From: a virus
Virus record (IMG/VR): IMGVR_UViG_3300021356_000015
Coordinates: 2,624-66,623 of that record
Direction: 5' to 3' (one strand)
Length of the DNA: 64,000 nucleotides
Shown here: one piece after another, positions 17,801 to 26,531 of the stretch
How the letters are laid out: every line of letters starts with the position of its first letter
Numbering within the stretch: the first letter of the stretch is position 1
Position numbers and translations under genes: made by a program
The notes under the pieces: generated by a model
What the model was told of the DNA's origin: nothing
Database searches by the model: none
The model's input: only the letters and a program-made list of their open reading frames with translations

Positions 17801-19141
17801 CTTTATTTGTACTTCTGGAAAAGAAACGTTAAATACTTGCCCTGCTCCAATTGCCACTAAATCGTCTTGGTTATATGAATATTGAAATGATTCAGATCCA
17901 TTAGTTACTTGTAAATCAATTGAATATTGAGATTCTGTAAAATCTCCGCTATTTTCTAGTACGACGATAGGCTTAAATTTATTGATTCCCGTTCTGTCTA
18001 TAGAAACGTCTACTCCAAGGTTGTTTACAGCCACTGCTGTGGTAATCCAAGCTTGATTGGCCAATTCGGTTCTTACATTTTGTAGAGTTGCTCTCATTCT
18101 ACAAACTTGATCTTGAGTGAAATGACGCTTACACTGCGGAGAAGTATCGTCCATGTAATTGTGAACGTCTGGATACTCATCTAACTCTGTGTCATAAAAG
18201 TTTTGAGTTTGACCCCCTCCAACAACAGGAGCTCTAGATGAACAAACATTACTACAGTTTCTAGGAGTGGGAGGAGTATCACAGCATCTATCACCCTCTG
18301 TATTACAATCTACCTCATTATTAGCATCTTCTGGGGTAGAAGTATCGTACCATGTTTGATAAAGTCCTAAATAACTACCTACTGCTTCAGTAAGGCCAGC
18401 ATTCAAGCCTGTTGGGGTAGATGAAGCCAAATTTCCATAGCCGAATCTATTTGCTTGAATTACAATTCCGTCTAGGTCAGATAAATTAACGGAAGGAAAT
18501 GTTCCAAACATCATTGTTCCACAACCCGCATCGTTATTGTCAATTTCTGGAACTACCCAAATATTCAAATAATTTTCTCTAGGCCAACCTGTTGCTTGTT
18601 TTATAGCTAGTTCATTAGCCGCCATCCCTGGAGATTCTGCAGCTTCTCTGACTAAACCATTTTCTACAAAACCAGCATCAAAAGAAAAGTCATGTCTAAT
18701 AATACCAGTTGTTGGATTTCCATCTGCATCACGATGTGCTAAAACAAATCTTATACCAGCATCTAGGGATGTGGCTACTCTATCATCCCCTTCCAACCAA
18801 TAAGGAACCCAAGTATTATCAAATCTGTCATTTAAATTTTGCAAAGTTGTTAATACATGCTCTCTTGCCACATTGGCTGTTAGAGAAGGCTGAAGAGCAT
18901 AATTTTCTTTCCATTGCACTTCTGCATAATTAGCAGTTAAGTCAACGGGTTCTCCTTTATGAATAATATGAAATACTACAGGAATTTCATAAATATCTGA
19001 ACCATCTCCGCAATTCTCAAAATTTTGAGATATTAAGTTTTCAGCGGCTTGTATGCCAACATCATACGTTAATCTATCAACTTGAGAATAACCCGAGATG
19101 GCTAAAATCATTATCAAGAGTAAATTTAATACTTTTTTCAT
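14876..19141 (-). CDS. Large secreted protein: inactive M43-like domain, Ig-like domains, two FISUMP domains
   Basis: Signal peptide; IPVVFHII and YLNIWVV but TEAVGSYLGLYQ in place of HExxHxxGxxH; two G[ND]QCWF.ENL.T...CP.G.RV domains; Cys repeats. Confidence 0.8.
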   Translation of the reverse strand: MKKVLNLLLIMILAISGYSQVDRLTYDVGIQAAENLISQNFENCGDGSDIYEIPVVFHIIHKGEPVDLTANYAEVQWKENYALQPSLTANVAREHVLTTLQNLNDRFDNTWVPYWLEGDDRVATSLDAGIRFVLAHRDADGNPTTGIIRHDFSFDAGFVENGLVREAAESPGMAANELAIKQATGWPRENYLNIWVVPEIDNNDAGCGTMMFGTFPSVNLSDLDGIVIQANRFGYGNLASSTPTGLNAGLTEAVGSYLGLYQTWYDTSTPEDANNEVDCNTEGDRCCDTPPTPRNCSNVCSSRAPVVGGGQTQNFYDTELDEYPDVHNYMDDTSPQCKRHFTQDQVCRMRATLQNVRTELANQAWITTAVAVNNLGVDVSIDRTGINKFKPIVVLENSGDFTESQYSIDLQVTNGSESFQYSYNQDDLVAIGAGQVFNVSFPEVQIKDVGTWSITASVSQSPVDSYLGDNTKTYQLDRQADGSISITSNYKRAFWMFKQFDIYNVDTDEIVMDGRKWWSNSFLTNKTKASETYKFDKYGNDVYGNTYPFITYYNATGSNDSWEVVNTWYLEPGEYVLRFFDGYALTDGPGAGQVSHLVYESCLDGCNFNVLLNGTDVLYSMDDTWLDHLSNPQNGVDFVGFNGMGSKITSIDTDVYLTTQPDTLPYPLMYRFDVPEGFVSNEQCYTGGNNGFCDDANLNDPFALADVNFDFEVSEPGTITTSIEAVSQGTVEAGDINILLASDENFANVVKDTIISLSYVHDEHIYRKAVTETRFDGLQEGQRYWAKINTPGYPSAAIDTVSAANNCVDVNGNPITFITVDGTDHDLVSIGNQCWFAENLKTSVYSDGTPIMRMDSTDMSTYAEVFRDTDSLFAAYIDPRLATNSTTNPYNAFVSQEEWDAPNSRDNFWGFYYNYLAYDNPNDPNQKNICPEGFRVASVSDFQLLADAVGQSPRSALTVSAADVVEWGWGGPSGNTFYGQNEFGFNGTYNSALQVSDPDGFGSDPYQISKTAGRDGWGAVGAWKDIDGRRNWYFPATQLLSGNAVPGFNFPQYEEPNFISNGRAVDYYSDGLTYNSFTPSCGQPPYCTRSEIYGAWVTSYYPVRCVSGAEAPEVRVGGTIYSLPYQDINEESTSLNPILLCNFDPTANVSDGAILVRDECGVCGGNGIPEGACDCAGQVEDAIGICGGDCAFDVNGDGICDVAQQAELLSCLSPTWDNYTYDVEQIGDQCWFTENLRTRQYTSGQPIPEITGNQAWSDATSGAFSRYNNDISNDDQYGYLYNWYAVEQGVCPAGWRVPTDKDFKDLEDFTGMPRAELNSTGYRGISTLTGDAIGPNGTTGWSGDFGGLRVDIDGQFRQLGNAGYYWTQSSFFTTRPRYSESAWSRAIFADQDLSAIGRYHDLWQTSEGKGHGLSVRCILED

Positions 19142-19154
19142 TTTTATGTGTGAT

Positions 19155-19697
19155 TTATTTAATTACAAATTTAATATTGAAATCCTTCCACAGGAGATCT
19201 ATAAATTCTGATTCATTGGTACTACCTACTGAATTAGCAATACGCTTATCATCGGTGGTATCAATAAACAGATAAATGACAAAATCAAAGTGAGTTGAGT
19301 AAATCATAGATTGGCCAATACCAGACCTGAGCGCTGATCCGCTCTCTCCTTTCTTGAATTCAATACCAATCTTAAGACCATCGGTTTCTAAAACCATATC
19401 GGGTCTATTCTGTGTACCCATAAATAAAACGTGATTCACAGTAGTATTTACGTTTCCTTCCCACTTTAAGTTCTTCTTAACAACTTCCTTAGCTCGATCC
19501 TTAGAAAGGCCTTTTTCTTCGACCATTCTTTCAGCTAAAGCGTCAACAAGATGAGGATAGATGAACTGCTTGATACTGTCCTCGTTCTTGTTTCTATAGT
19601 TTATAGTATGAAAGATATCGTTGTGGGTCATAGCCTCACTGACCATGTCCAACAACGATACTCTCTTCTTACTCTTACTTGCTTGTCTCATCTGCAA
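19155..19697 (-). CDS. PD-(D/E)xK nuclease-like protein
   Basis: RPDMVL...IEFKK...GIGQSMIY (QxxxY) motif order. Confidence 0.65.
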   Translation of the reverse strand: MQMRQASKSKKRVSLLDMVSEAMTHNDIFHTINYRNKNEDSIKQFIYPHLVDALAERMVEEKGLSKDRAKEVVKKNLKWEGNVNTTVNHVLFMGTQNRPDMVLETDGLKIGIEFKKGESGSALRSGIGQSMIYSTHFDFVIYLFIDTTDDKRIANSVGSTNESEFIDLLWKDFNIKFVIK

Positions 19698-20205
19698 TAA
19701 GTTCTACGTCTTCTTCGCTGATTTCTTCAGCTCTAGACGCTTTATCTATCTCTGCATCTATCTTTGCAAGTTCAGCGTGTACTTCTTGAATCTCAGCGTT
19801 CATCTCAGCAAGCTCAGACATAGCAGAAGTAACGGTCTCTCCGACAACGGTCAACATCTTGATAAACTTTCTAGCACTCTCAACGCCTGAACCTTCAACA
19901 TTCAATAAAGCCTGATACAAACCGTTAAGCTCGTGACCTCTAAGAGAAACTTCAACTACTCCATCGCTATCGGACTTCGCCAGTGCCGTAGATTGCTCCT
20001 TAAGCTTATCATACAATGTAACTAGAACGGCTGCGTTCTGAGTCTTCCATGTATATCCCTTGTTAAGGTGATCCATAATAGTTTTAAGCATTTTTCTGTC
20101 TTCTAAGTTGATAACGAAGGCATGCTCTGCCTGGTGGACTTGAAGCTCTTCAGCTTTCTTTTCAAGCTCTGTCCTACGAGCCTTTAAATCTTCTAGATTT
20201 TCCAT
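19675..20205 (-). CDS. Coiled-coil hypothetical protein
   Basis: 176 aa helical ORF; late promoter at 20235-20242. Confidence 0.6.
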   Translation of the reverse strand: MENLEDLKARRTELEKKAEELQVHQAEHAFVINLEDRKMLKTIMDHLNKGYTWKTQNAAVLVTLYDKLKEQSTALAKSDSDGVVEVSLRGHELNGLYQALLNVEGSGVESARKFIKMLTVVGETVTSAMSELAEMNAEIQEVHAELAKIDAEIDKASRAEEISEEDVELIADETSK

Positions 20206-20243
20206 TTTTTTAAAATTTTAAAAAATTAACTTTTTATATATTC

Positions 20244-20717
20244 TCAAAAATCATCGTTCTTGATACGAATATCGAAATCACTAAATTTATCGAACTGATC
20301 GTCGTCAGTTGACATTCTACGCCAGATAGAGTCGTTAATATCATTTCTATCATTTAGTCTTTTGACTCTTGTCATTCTAGGAATATCTAAGTAGATGACA
20401 ATACATCTATCTCTATATTCTTTAGGTAACATGTCCAAACCATCTTTGGACATAATCATAACGTCGGCCTTTTCAAACTCTTCAATTGAAAGACCATACT
20501 TCCAATTATTGAATTCCATCCACTCTAACATTTTGCCAGATTCTATGATCTGGTCAAATTGTTCTTCTGATACAAAATAATAATCCTCGCCTTCTTTTTC
20601 ATTTTGACGAGGTTGTCTAGTAGTGTAACTAATACCAGACACAAATCCTTTACTTTCTATCTTCTTCTTTAAGTGGTCCTTTCCAGATGCTGCTTTCCCT
20701 ACTAAAATAAGTTTCAT
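20244..20717 (-). CDS. gmk: Guanylate kinase
   Basis: GKAASGKD P-loop, SYTTRQPRQNEKEGEDYYFVS, WKYG. Confidence 0.9.
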   Translation of the reverse strand: MKLILVGKAASGKDHLKKKIESKGFVSGISYTTRQPRQNEKEGEDYYFVSEEQFDQIIESGKMLEWMEFNNWKYGLSIEEFEKADVMIMSKDGLDMLPKEYRDRCIVIYLDIPRMTRVKRLNDRNDINDSIWRRMSTDDDQFDKFSDFDIRIKNDDF

Positions 20718-20746
20718 TGCTTAAGTTTGTATTTTTATGGACTGCG

Positions 20747-21154
20747 TTACTCACTGTTTAACGCACCATAAACTTCTCGCAAAAAACCTATTTCTTCCTT
20801 GTCTTCGAAGCCTATTATTCGAAGATCTTGATTTAACTCGTCGACAATAGGCTCTAGAAAGCCTTTGTCTATTAGCTGAGGCCAAATTTCATTTAACCGC
20901 TGCTTTTCGAAAGTTTCAGTGTTGTTCAACATGTCACGCTTCATGCGCTCCAAATCGTAACCTTGCCCATAAGTATATGGATTGATTATATCAGCGAGGC
21001 GTTGAGCAGCCTCCTCATTATCTAAAGTTTCAATTAGAGATTGTATGTCATCGATCATAATTTCACTGATCGAATCATTAAACTCATGCATCTCCTTTGA
21101 CCACGGCTTTGTAATCTCAATGCCGTATTTGTAAATCTTAGGTATCTTAGACAT
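20747..21154 (-). CDS. Hypothetical protein
   Basis: 135 aa ORF, operonic. Confidence 0.55.
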   Translation of the reverse strand: MSKIPKIYKYGIEITKPWSKEMHEFNDSISEIMIDDIQSLIETLDNEEAAQRLADIINPYTYGQGYDLERMKRDMLNNTETFEKQRLNEIWPQLIDKGFLEPIVDELNQDLRIIGFEDKEEIGFLREVYGALNSE

Positions 21155-21383
21155 TTTTACTTGATGATACTACGTAAGTTTGAATCGCTTCCGGATCATT
21201 TATAACTCTTTCAATGTCTATCTTAGTAAAGCCAAGCTCAGCTAAGAATTGACAAGCCCTATCGAACGCTGGTTCAGGTATACATCCCCAAACAACATTG
21301 TCATTAACAATACTGTTTACATACAGGTGTTTAAATTTGTCTTCAGACATACCTGTATAATCTATCTGGTTAAATGTATTCAT
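21147..21383 (-). CDS. Hypothetical protein
   Basis: 78 aa ORF overlapping its neighbours. Confidence 0.5.
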   Translation of the reverse strand: MNTFNQIDYTGMSEDKFKHLYVNSIVNDNVVWGCIPEPAFDRACQFLAELGFTKIDIERVINDPEAIQTYVVSSSKNV

Positions 21384-21516
21384 CTTCGTCTTCGATCCAG
21401 TCTTGCCAATTATTGGACTTCTTCTTGGGCTTTTGATTATTCTTCTTCTCGCTCAGTTTTCGTTTGCGATCTACAGGATCCACATCGAAGTTGCGAGTCT
21501 TTCCCTTCTTCTTCAT
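21370..21516 (-). CDS. Small basic protein (48 aa)
   Basis: MKKKGKTRNFDVDPVDRKRK...WQDWIEDEDEYI, read manually. Confidence 0.45.
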   Translation of the reverse strand: MKKKGKTRNFDVDPVDRKRKLSEKKNNQKPKKKSNNWQDWIEDEDEYI

Positions 21517-21531
21517 TTTTAACTAAGTTTT

Positions 21532-21690
21532 TTAGCTAATGGTTGAATACCAAATTCCTTTGTTTTCTTGGTTATTTATATGATAAGGAACTGTCACTGT
21601 TTCCTTGGTTTCTTGTAAAAGAATAACAGCCTCTTCTGCTGTAACTTGATTTTGTTCAATTAGTCTTTGAACTATCTTTGCCCTTGTCAT
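21532..21690 (-). CDS. Small SHOCT-like protein (52 aa)
   Basis: MTRAKIVQRLIEQNQVTAEEAVILL..., read manually. Confidence 0.5.
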   Translation of the reverse strand: MTRAKIVQRLIEQNQVTAEEAVILLQETKETVTVPYHINNQENKGIWYSTIS

Positions 21691-21699
21691 TACGCTATA

Positions 21700-22362
21700 T
21701 TATGGTTTTCTAATTATGTAACTTGAATTCCAGTCACTTGTTAAATCCATTTGTAATTCTTTGAATTCTATAAATTCATTTACTGCTGGATTAACTCCAA
21801 AAACACCGGCATATTTAATATCTTCATTACCATCAATGCTTGATTTTGCCATCCATCTTTCTCCGTCTGCAAATATGTACTTGTTTTTAGTATTTGGTAT
21901 ATTTGGACTTGCATTCCAATCAAAAAGTAAATAATCATGTCCACACATAAAACCACCGGATTTAAGTTTTGGCCACCATATTTCTAAATCTTGTTTAACA
22001 TATTCATATGCATGATTTCCATCAACATATACAAAATCTAAAGAATTATCAGAAAATAGATCAACTGCTTGATGGCTAAAAGATCTAATCATAATTGCTC
22101 GGTCTTCATATCCTTCAATAGAGTTTACCGTATCTTGTAGAGGAGATTCATGATGTCTATTATTAGTTGAATCTAAATAATCATCTTCATCAATACTTCT
22201 CCAAGGATCTACCAAAAATAAAGTTCCATCCCAACCGTCTAATAGTGTTTTTGAAAAATGGCCTTTAAAAACTCCAATTTCTACGCCAATAGATGCGCCT
22301 GAATCTTGTAAAAGATGAGGAATATACTCTTCTCTTGTTTGATTTAGTCTATTGTTTTTCAT
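21700..22362 (-). CDS. Class I SAM-dependent methyltransferase (Methyltransf_24-like)
   Basis: GVEIGVFKG, VDPW, LDFVYVDGNHAYE, LKSGGFMCGHDY. Confidence 0.85.
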   Translation of the reverse strand: MKNNRLNQTREEYIPHLLQDSGASIGVEIGVFKGHFSKTLLDGWDGTLFLVDPWRSIDEDDYLDSTNNRHHESPLQDTVNSIEGYEDRAIMIRSFSHQAVDLFSDNSLDFVYVDGNHAYEYVKQDLEIWWPKLKSGGFMCGHDYLLFDWNASPNIPNTKNKYIFADGERWMAKSSIDGNEDIKYAGVFGVNPAVNEFIEFKELQMDLTSDWNSSYIIRKP

Positions 22363-22384
22363 CTATAAATTGTGTTAAATTATG

Positions 22385-22469
22385 CGGAGAGGGAGGGATT
22401 CGAACCCCCGGTACCTTGCGGTACGCCGGTTTTCAAGACCGGTGCAATCGACCACTCTGCCACCTCTCC
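22385..22469 (-). tRNA. tRNA-Ser(TGA)
   Basis: GGAGAGG acceptor, loop CTTGAAA, long variable arm, G73. Confidence 0.95.
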
Positions 22470-22481
22470 GTAATGTATATA

Positions 22482-22724
22482 TTACTCGCCTTCGCCTACC
22501 ACATAGACAGTTTTAGAGCTAACTAAACCTATCATGTTTTCCTTCTCAATTGCAGTATTTATTCTCTTTGCTGCTTCCTTAGCATTTTTAAGAGACGTAA
22601 ATCGACCAGCGTGTTCTTCTTTTACTAGTCTAATGCCCAAAACATAACGCTTTTCTACTAACGTATAAACCTTTTGACCATTTTCAAACGTATACTCCTT
22701 TACTTCTACTTTGTGCGAATTCAT
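22482..22724 (-). CDS. Hypothetical protein
   Basis: 80 aa ORF between tRNAs. Confidence 0.55.
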   Translation of the reverse strand: MNSHKVEVKEYTFENGQKVYTLVEKRYVLGIRLVKEEHAGRFTSLKNAKEAAKRINTAIEKENMIGLVSSKTVYVVGEGE

Positions 22725-22747
22725 TGTAGTTAAGTGATAATAATTAG

Positions 22748-22821
<74 letters not shown>

Positions 22822-22836
22822 ATTTTGTAAGGTTTG

Positions 22837-22916
22837 TACGGGCGGAGAGACTCGAACTCTCACTCCTAGGAACTAGTGCCTAAAACTAGCGCGTCTACCA
22901 ATTCCGCCACGCCCGC
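22837..22916 (-). tRNA. tRNA-Leu(TAG)
   Basis: Anticodon arm CTAGT-TTTAGGC-ACTAG; variable arm. Confidence 0.95.
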
Positions 22917-22929
22917 ATTTTGTCATCAT

Positions 22930-22940
22930 TTTCAAAGAAC
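22930..22940 (-). promoter_or_regulatory. rrn-type boxA element heading tRNA array 2
   Basis: GTTCTTTGAAA just downstream of the promoter. Confidence 0.7.
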
Positions 22941-22945
22941 ATATC

Positions 22946-22972
22946 TTATATAGTGTCCTTTGACCAAGTTTC
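22946..22972 (-). promoter_or_regulatory. Putative middle (ECF-type) promoter
   Basis: GAAAC-N17-TATAA. Confidence 0.7.
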
Positions 22973-22979
22973 AAAAATA

Positions 22980-25900
22980 TTAAGACAACTTAGATTGAGC
23001 CGCTGGTTCCAAGTCTGTAATAGTAATCTTAGCTTGACCAGATACCAATAGATCGACGAGCTCTTGCATTGCAGCTGCACCGTCTCCAGATCCAGAAGAA
23101 GAACCTCCACTGCCAGAAGTAAGGCCAAGTTTGTTAGAGAAGCCATCAACTGCTTTAGCCATAGCTTGACCAACAGTTTTACTACCTTCAGCTTGTGCAT
23201 TTACTGTACCTTCAAAATCAGCTATCATTGCTGCCAATTCTTGAATAGCCTCGGTTAATTTTTCACCAAGCTCTTCCATTGCGTTCTTTCTGCCATTTTG
23301 GTATAGATATGCAAGCGCTTTAAACATGTCTGTCGTGGCATTAATAGCTTCAACATCCATTGTATTACTAGAGTTAGAGATATCGGCATATGATTTGGCT
23401 ATCTTTTCTAGTGCAGTAGCCTGAGAGTTAAATGAAGATCTAGCTAACTGACGAGCCATCTTATGTGCCCATTCAATACCATCTATATTAACTTTGCCCA
23501 TCTTATCCATTGCTGAAGCAATTTGTGTCATAGGCTTGGACATAGCTACTATAGCTTCACTACTTGCGGCCATCACTTCAAACATTCTAACAAATGCATC
23601 AGATCTCATTAACAACATAGAAGCTGATATGCTAACTATCGCAGGTGCAATGCCCAGTAACATAGCATTGCCCTGATTAGTTAATTCAGACGCTGCTATA
23701 GCATTAAAGACCTTAGCGATTTCTTGTAATATTTCAGCGGGTAAAGCCGACATAGTAACCAACGCTGCTGCAGCCATTTTCATGCCTAATCCCATTTCCA
23801 TAGCTTTAACTGACATACGGTGCATTGAAATAGATATTGCATCAATAGGATCTACTAAAACTCTCCAATCTACTTCATTGAATAGTTTTATAACTGAATC
23901 GATATACTCTTTCTTTAAGGAATTTAAGGCTGCGACCATTCTTTCCATTCCAGCAGCTACCTTAGTAACTCCCATTCCAGCTAAATTAGCGTTAACCGCA
24001 AGAATAGTCATAGAGCTAGCAACTGATGCAACTGGAGTAAAGATTGAACTCCAAGAAACATTAGCAAATAAAGCTTCTAGTCTTTTGGGTGCATTGGGAT
24101 CTAAATTGCTAAGAGCTGAAACCATATCTCTTATAGGAGGTGCCATCTCTTGAACAGCTTTTACGTTAGCTTGCTTTGGGGTTAGTTGCATCAATGAGAA
24201 GAACTTGTTAAGAACTTCCATATTTTGACCCCCTTGTAAGAATGAGAATGCATCTCCTAATATTCTAATAGGCTTAGCAACTTTTTGAAGTTGAGGAGCC
24301 ATCCTAACTATATCTTCTAAAATATCTAAAGGACCTTTTGACTTTTCTCCGCCAAAAAACTCTGCAACTCCATCAAAGAAAGCTTTACCTACATTTGCTA
24401 CCGAAGCAAATAGTCCTCCAGCCGCTACACCTGCAGTTGCACCCGCTAAAGCTAGTAGAGAAACTGAAATTGCTATGATGCCACCTGCCAACGGGAGTAA
24501 ATTCTCCACACCTATCTCATTCTTAAGTCTAGCTAAAATATCAACTATGCCATTCACGGGAGCTAACATAGCTTCAGTAAGCATCTTAGCAACTCCTGAT
24601 ATATCGGGCATTTTACTAAAGATCCAAGCTACAACCCAAATACCAGCTGCGATAACTATCATACCAACCACGCCAAGAAGTATAGCTGCAGCTCCTATGC
24701 CCGACATGGCAATAGCTCCTAATATCAAAACAGGTATACTAAATAAAACTATGCCCAATGCAACACCCATTGACCAACCAATAGGCAACTCTGTAAAATT
24801 ACTAGGAACTGCGCTTAAAATCCAAGCTATGGCCAAAATACCTATTGAAATAACTATGGCTCCTAATACACCTTGAATCATGGTTCCCATACTAACAGCC
24901 TTTGTTAAAATACCAATTAAGGAAATACTAACACCAAATACTATTAAAGCTAAACCTGTTTTTAAGGTCCATGTGGCATCAGGGGGAGCTCCATATCCTC
25001 CTCCTAATCTCTCATATACATCAAATATAAATGCAGTGCCGACTATACCTAAAGCCACGAAAATAGAAGCAGCAGCTGCCTTTGCTAAGTCTTTTAAGGA
25101 AGTACCCCTAATTCCTCTTACCAAACCAACAAATGGTAAAGAAAATACTAATAGGGCTAAACCAGCTTGTAAAGACCATCTCCAATCTGGAACTTTCATG
25201 TCCTTTGGAAGAAATTGGAATATTAAAGCTGTTAATACTATTGCACCGGCAATAAAGACCATAGCTCCAGCTGCCATCGCAACTTCTTTAGGCCCAGCTC
25301 CCTTAACTGAATCTATAATTAATTTAAAGCTATATGCTGCGCCAACCAAAGCTAATCCGATTAAGAAAACAGTGGCATAAACCCATCCATCTTTTATAGG
25401 AATTACGCCTTGTAATAACACGGATGCTACTACTATTCCAAGCGCAATAAGAGGAATTGCTGCTGATGCCATAAGAACATCTTTAAAGGATTTACCTTCT
25501 ATCTTTTCTAAAATTTGAGCATATGCCCATGCCGCCCCGGTTAAAGCTATACCAACTAAAAATGCTGTTACTAATTTCTCACCAGCAACTGGCATTACAA
25601 GTTGGAAAATCCAAGAAGCTGCTGCAATACCAGCAGCAAGACCAACTATAGAAATTAAAGTTGCGCCCATTAAAGTCCATATTCCGCTAAAGTTAGTCGC
25701 TGAAAGAGACCCTAATTCACCGGCATCAACTGAATCTGTTGATTTCATTTTACCCAAGGCATCAGCTATTTTAACGAACGCAGGAGCCATAACTAATAAA
25801 GCTGCAGCCATAAGAACGCCAGTTAGTAGTTGCATAGGAGACACGGGCATAATTAATTGCATTATCCAAGAAGATATAGTTAGCGCCGCTACCATACCCA

Positions 25901-26453
25901 ACATAGAAAGTAGAGTTGCTCCAGCTGTGGCAAATATAGCCGAAGGATCAGTTTTAGAAGCTGTAATTCCTTCATACGATACACTTGCTTCTCCGCTTAA
26001 TTTACCAAGTGTTTCTACCATCTTAACAAACCCAGGAGTTAATAGCGCTATAGTTGCACCAACTACCACCGCAGTTCCCAATTGTGCAAGAGATACTTTA
26101 GCTATTAAGCTAAATAAGCTTGCAGAAGCTACAAGTGCTGCAGATAAACTAACCATCATAAAGGCAGCTAATCCTGTATCTTTTATATCAAGTGGTTTAA
26201 ATCTAGCGGCTTGATCTAGGTCGTCTGTTTGTTTACCTCCTCCACTATCGTTCTTAACCTGATCCTTCATTATACTCTTAATATCTCCAAGAATAGTGGT
26301 TTGCTTTTTAAGCTCATCTACTGTTTCTTTTTGAAGAGACTTAACGTCAACAGTTAACATTTCTATACTAGTCATTTGCTGAGTTCTCTCCTCAGCCACT
26401 GCTTCTAGTCTGTAAATAGGGCTTAAGATAGCCTGAAACTGCTTTTCTGTCAT
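22980..26453 (-). CDS. Tape measure protein
   Basis: 1157 aa, Ala/Gly/Leu-rich helical and hydrophobic repeats; downstream of tube and gp26-like genes; late promoter at 26493-26500. Confidence 0.75.
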   Translation of the reverse strand: MTEKQFQAILSPIYRLEAVAEERTQQMTSIEMLTVDVKSLQKETVDELKKQTTILGDIKSIMKDQVKNDSGGGKQTDDLDQAARFKPLDIKDTGLAAFMMVSLSAALVASASLFSLIAKVSLAQLGTAVVVGATIALLTPGFVKMVETLGKLSGEASVSYEGITASKTDPSAIFATAGATLLSMLGMVAALTISSWIMQLIMPVSPMQLLTGVLMAAALLVMAPAFVKIADALGKMKSTDSVDAGELGSLSATNFSGIWTLMGATLISIVGLAAGIAAASWIFQLVMPVAGEKLVTAFLVGIALTGAAWAYAQILEKIEGKSFKDVLMASAAIPLIALGIVVASVLLQGVIPIKDGWVYATVFLIGLALVGAAYSFKLIIDSVKGAGPKEVAMAAGAMVFIAGAIVLTALIFQFLPKDMKVPDWRWSLQAGLALLVFSLPFVGLVRGIRGTSLKDLAKAAAASIFVALGIVGTAFIFDVYERLGGGYGAPPDATWTLKTGLALIVFGVSISLIGILTKAVSMGTMIQGVLGAIVISIGILAIAWILSAVPSNFTELPIGWSMGVALGIVLFSIPVLILGAIAMSGIGAAAILLGVVGMIVIAAGIWVVAWIFSKMPDISGVAKMLTEAMLAPVNGIVDILARLKNEIGVENLLPLAGGIIAISVSLLALAGATAGVAAGGLFASVANVGKAFFDGVAEFFGGEKSKGPLDILEDIVRMAPQLQKVAKPIRILGDAFSFLQGGQNMEVLNKFFSLMQLTPKQANVKAVQEMAPPIRDMVSALSNLDPNAPKRLEALFANVSWSSIFTPVASVASSMTILAVNANLAGMGVTKVAAGMERMVAALNSLKKEYIDSVIKLFNEVDWRVLVDPIDAISISMHRMSVKAMEMGLGMKMAAAALVTMSALPAEILQEIAKVFNAIAASELTNQGNAMLLGIAPAIVSISASMLLMRSDAFVRMFEVMAASSEAIVAMSKPMTQIASAMDKMGKVNIDGIEWAHKMARQLARSSFNSQATALEKIAKSYADISNSSNTMDVEAINATTDMFKALAYLYQNGRKNAMEELGEKLTEAIQELAAMIADFEGTVNAQAEGSKTVGQAMAKAVDGFSNKLGLTSGSGGSSSGSGDGAAAMQELVDLLVSGQAKITITDLEPAAQSKLS

Positions 26454-26501
26454 AAAAGTAAACGGAATCTCCGTATATTATTTTAATCTAATTATATATC
26501 C

Positions 26502-26531
26502 AAAAAGAAAGGGGCTTTAAGCCCCTTTCTC
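26502..26531 (-). terminator. Intrinsic terminator
   Basis: AGAAAGGGGC-ttaaa-GCCCCTTTCT-TTT. Confidence 0.75.

Noticed and set aside
23064-26214. Several plus-strand ORFs over the tape measure gene (and similar ones over gp18, gp23, gp46 and the ATPase)
   Set aside because: Antisense shadows with biased composition and no motifs
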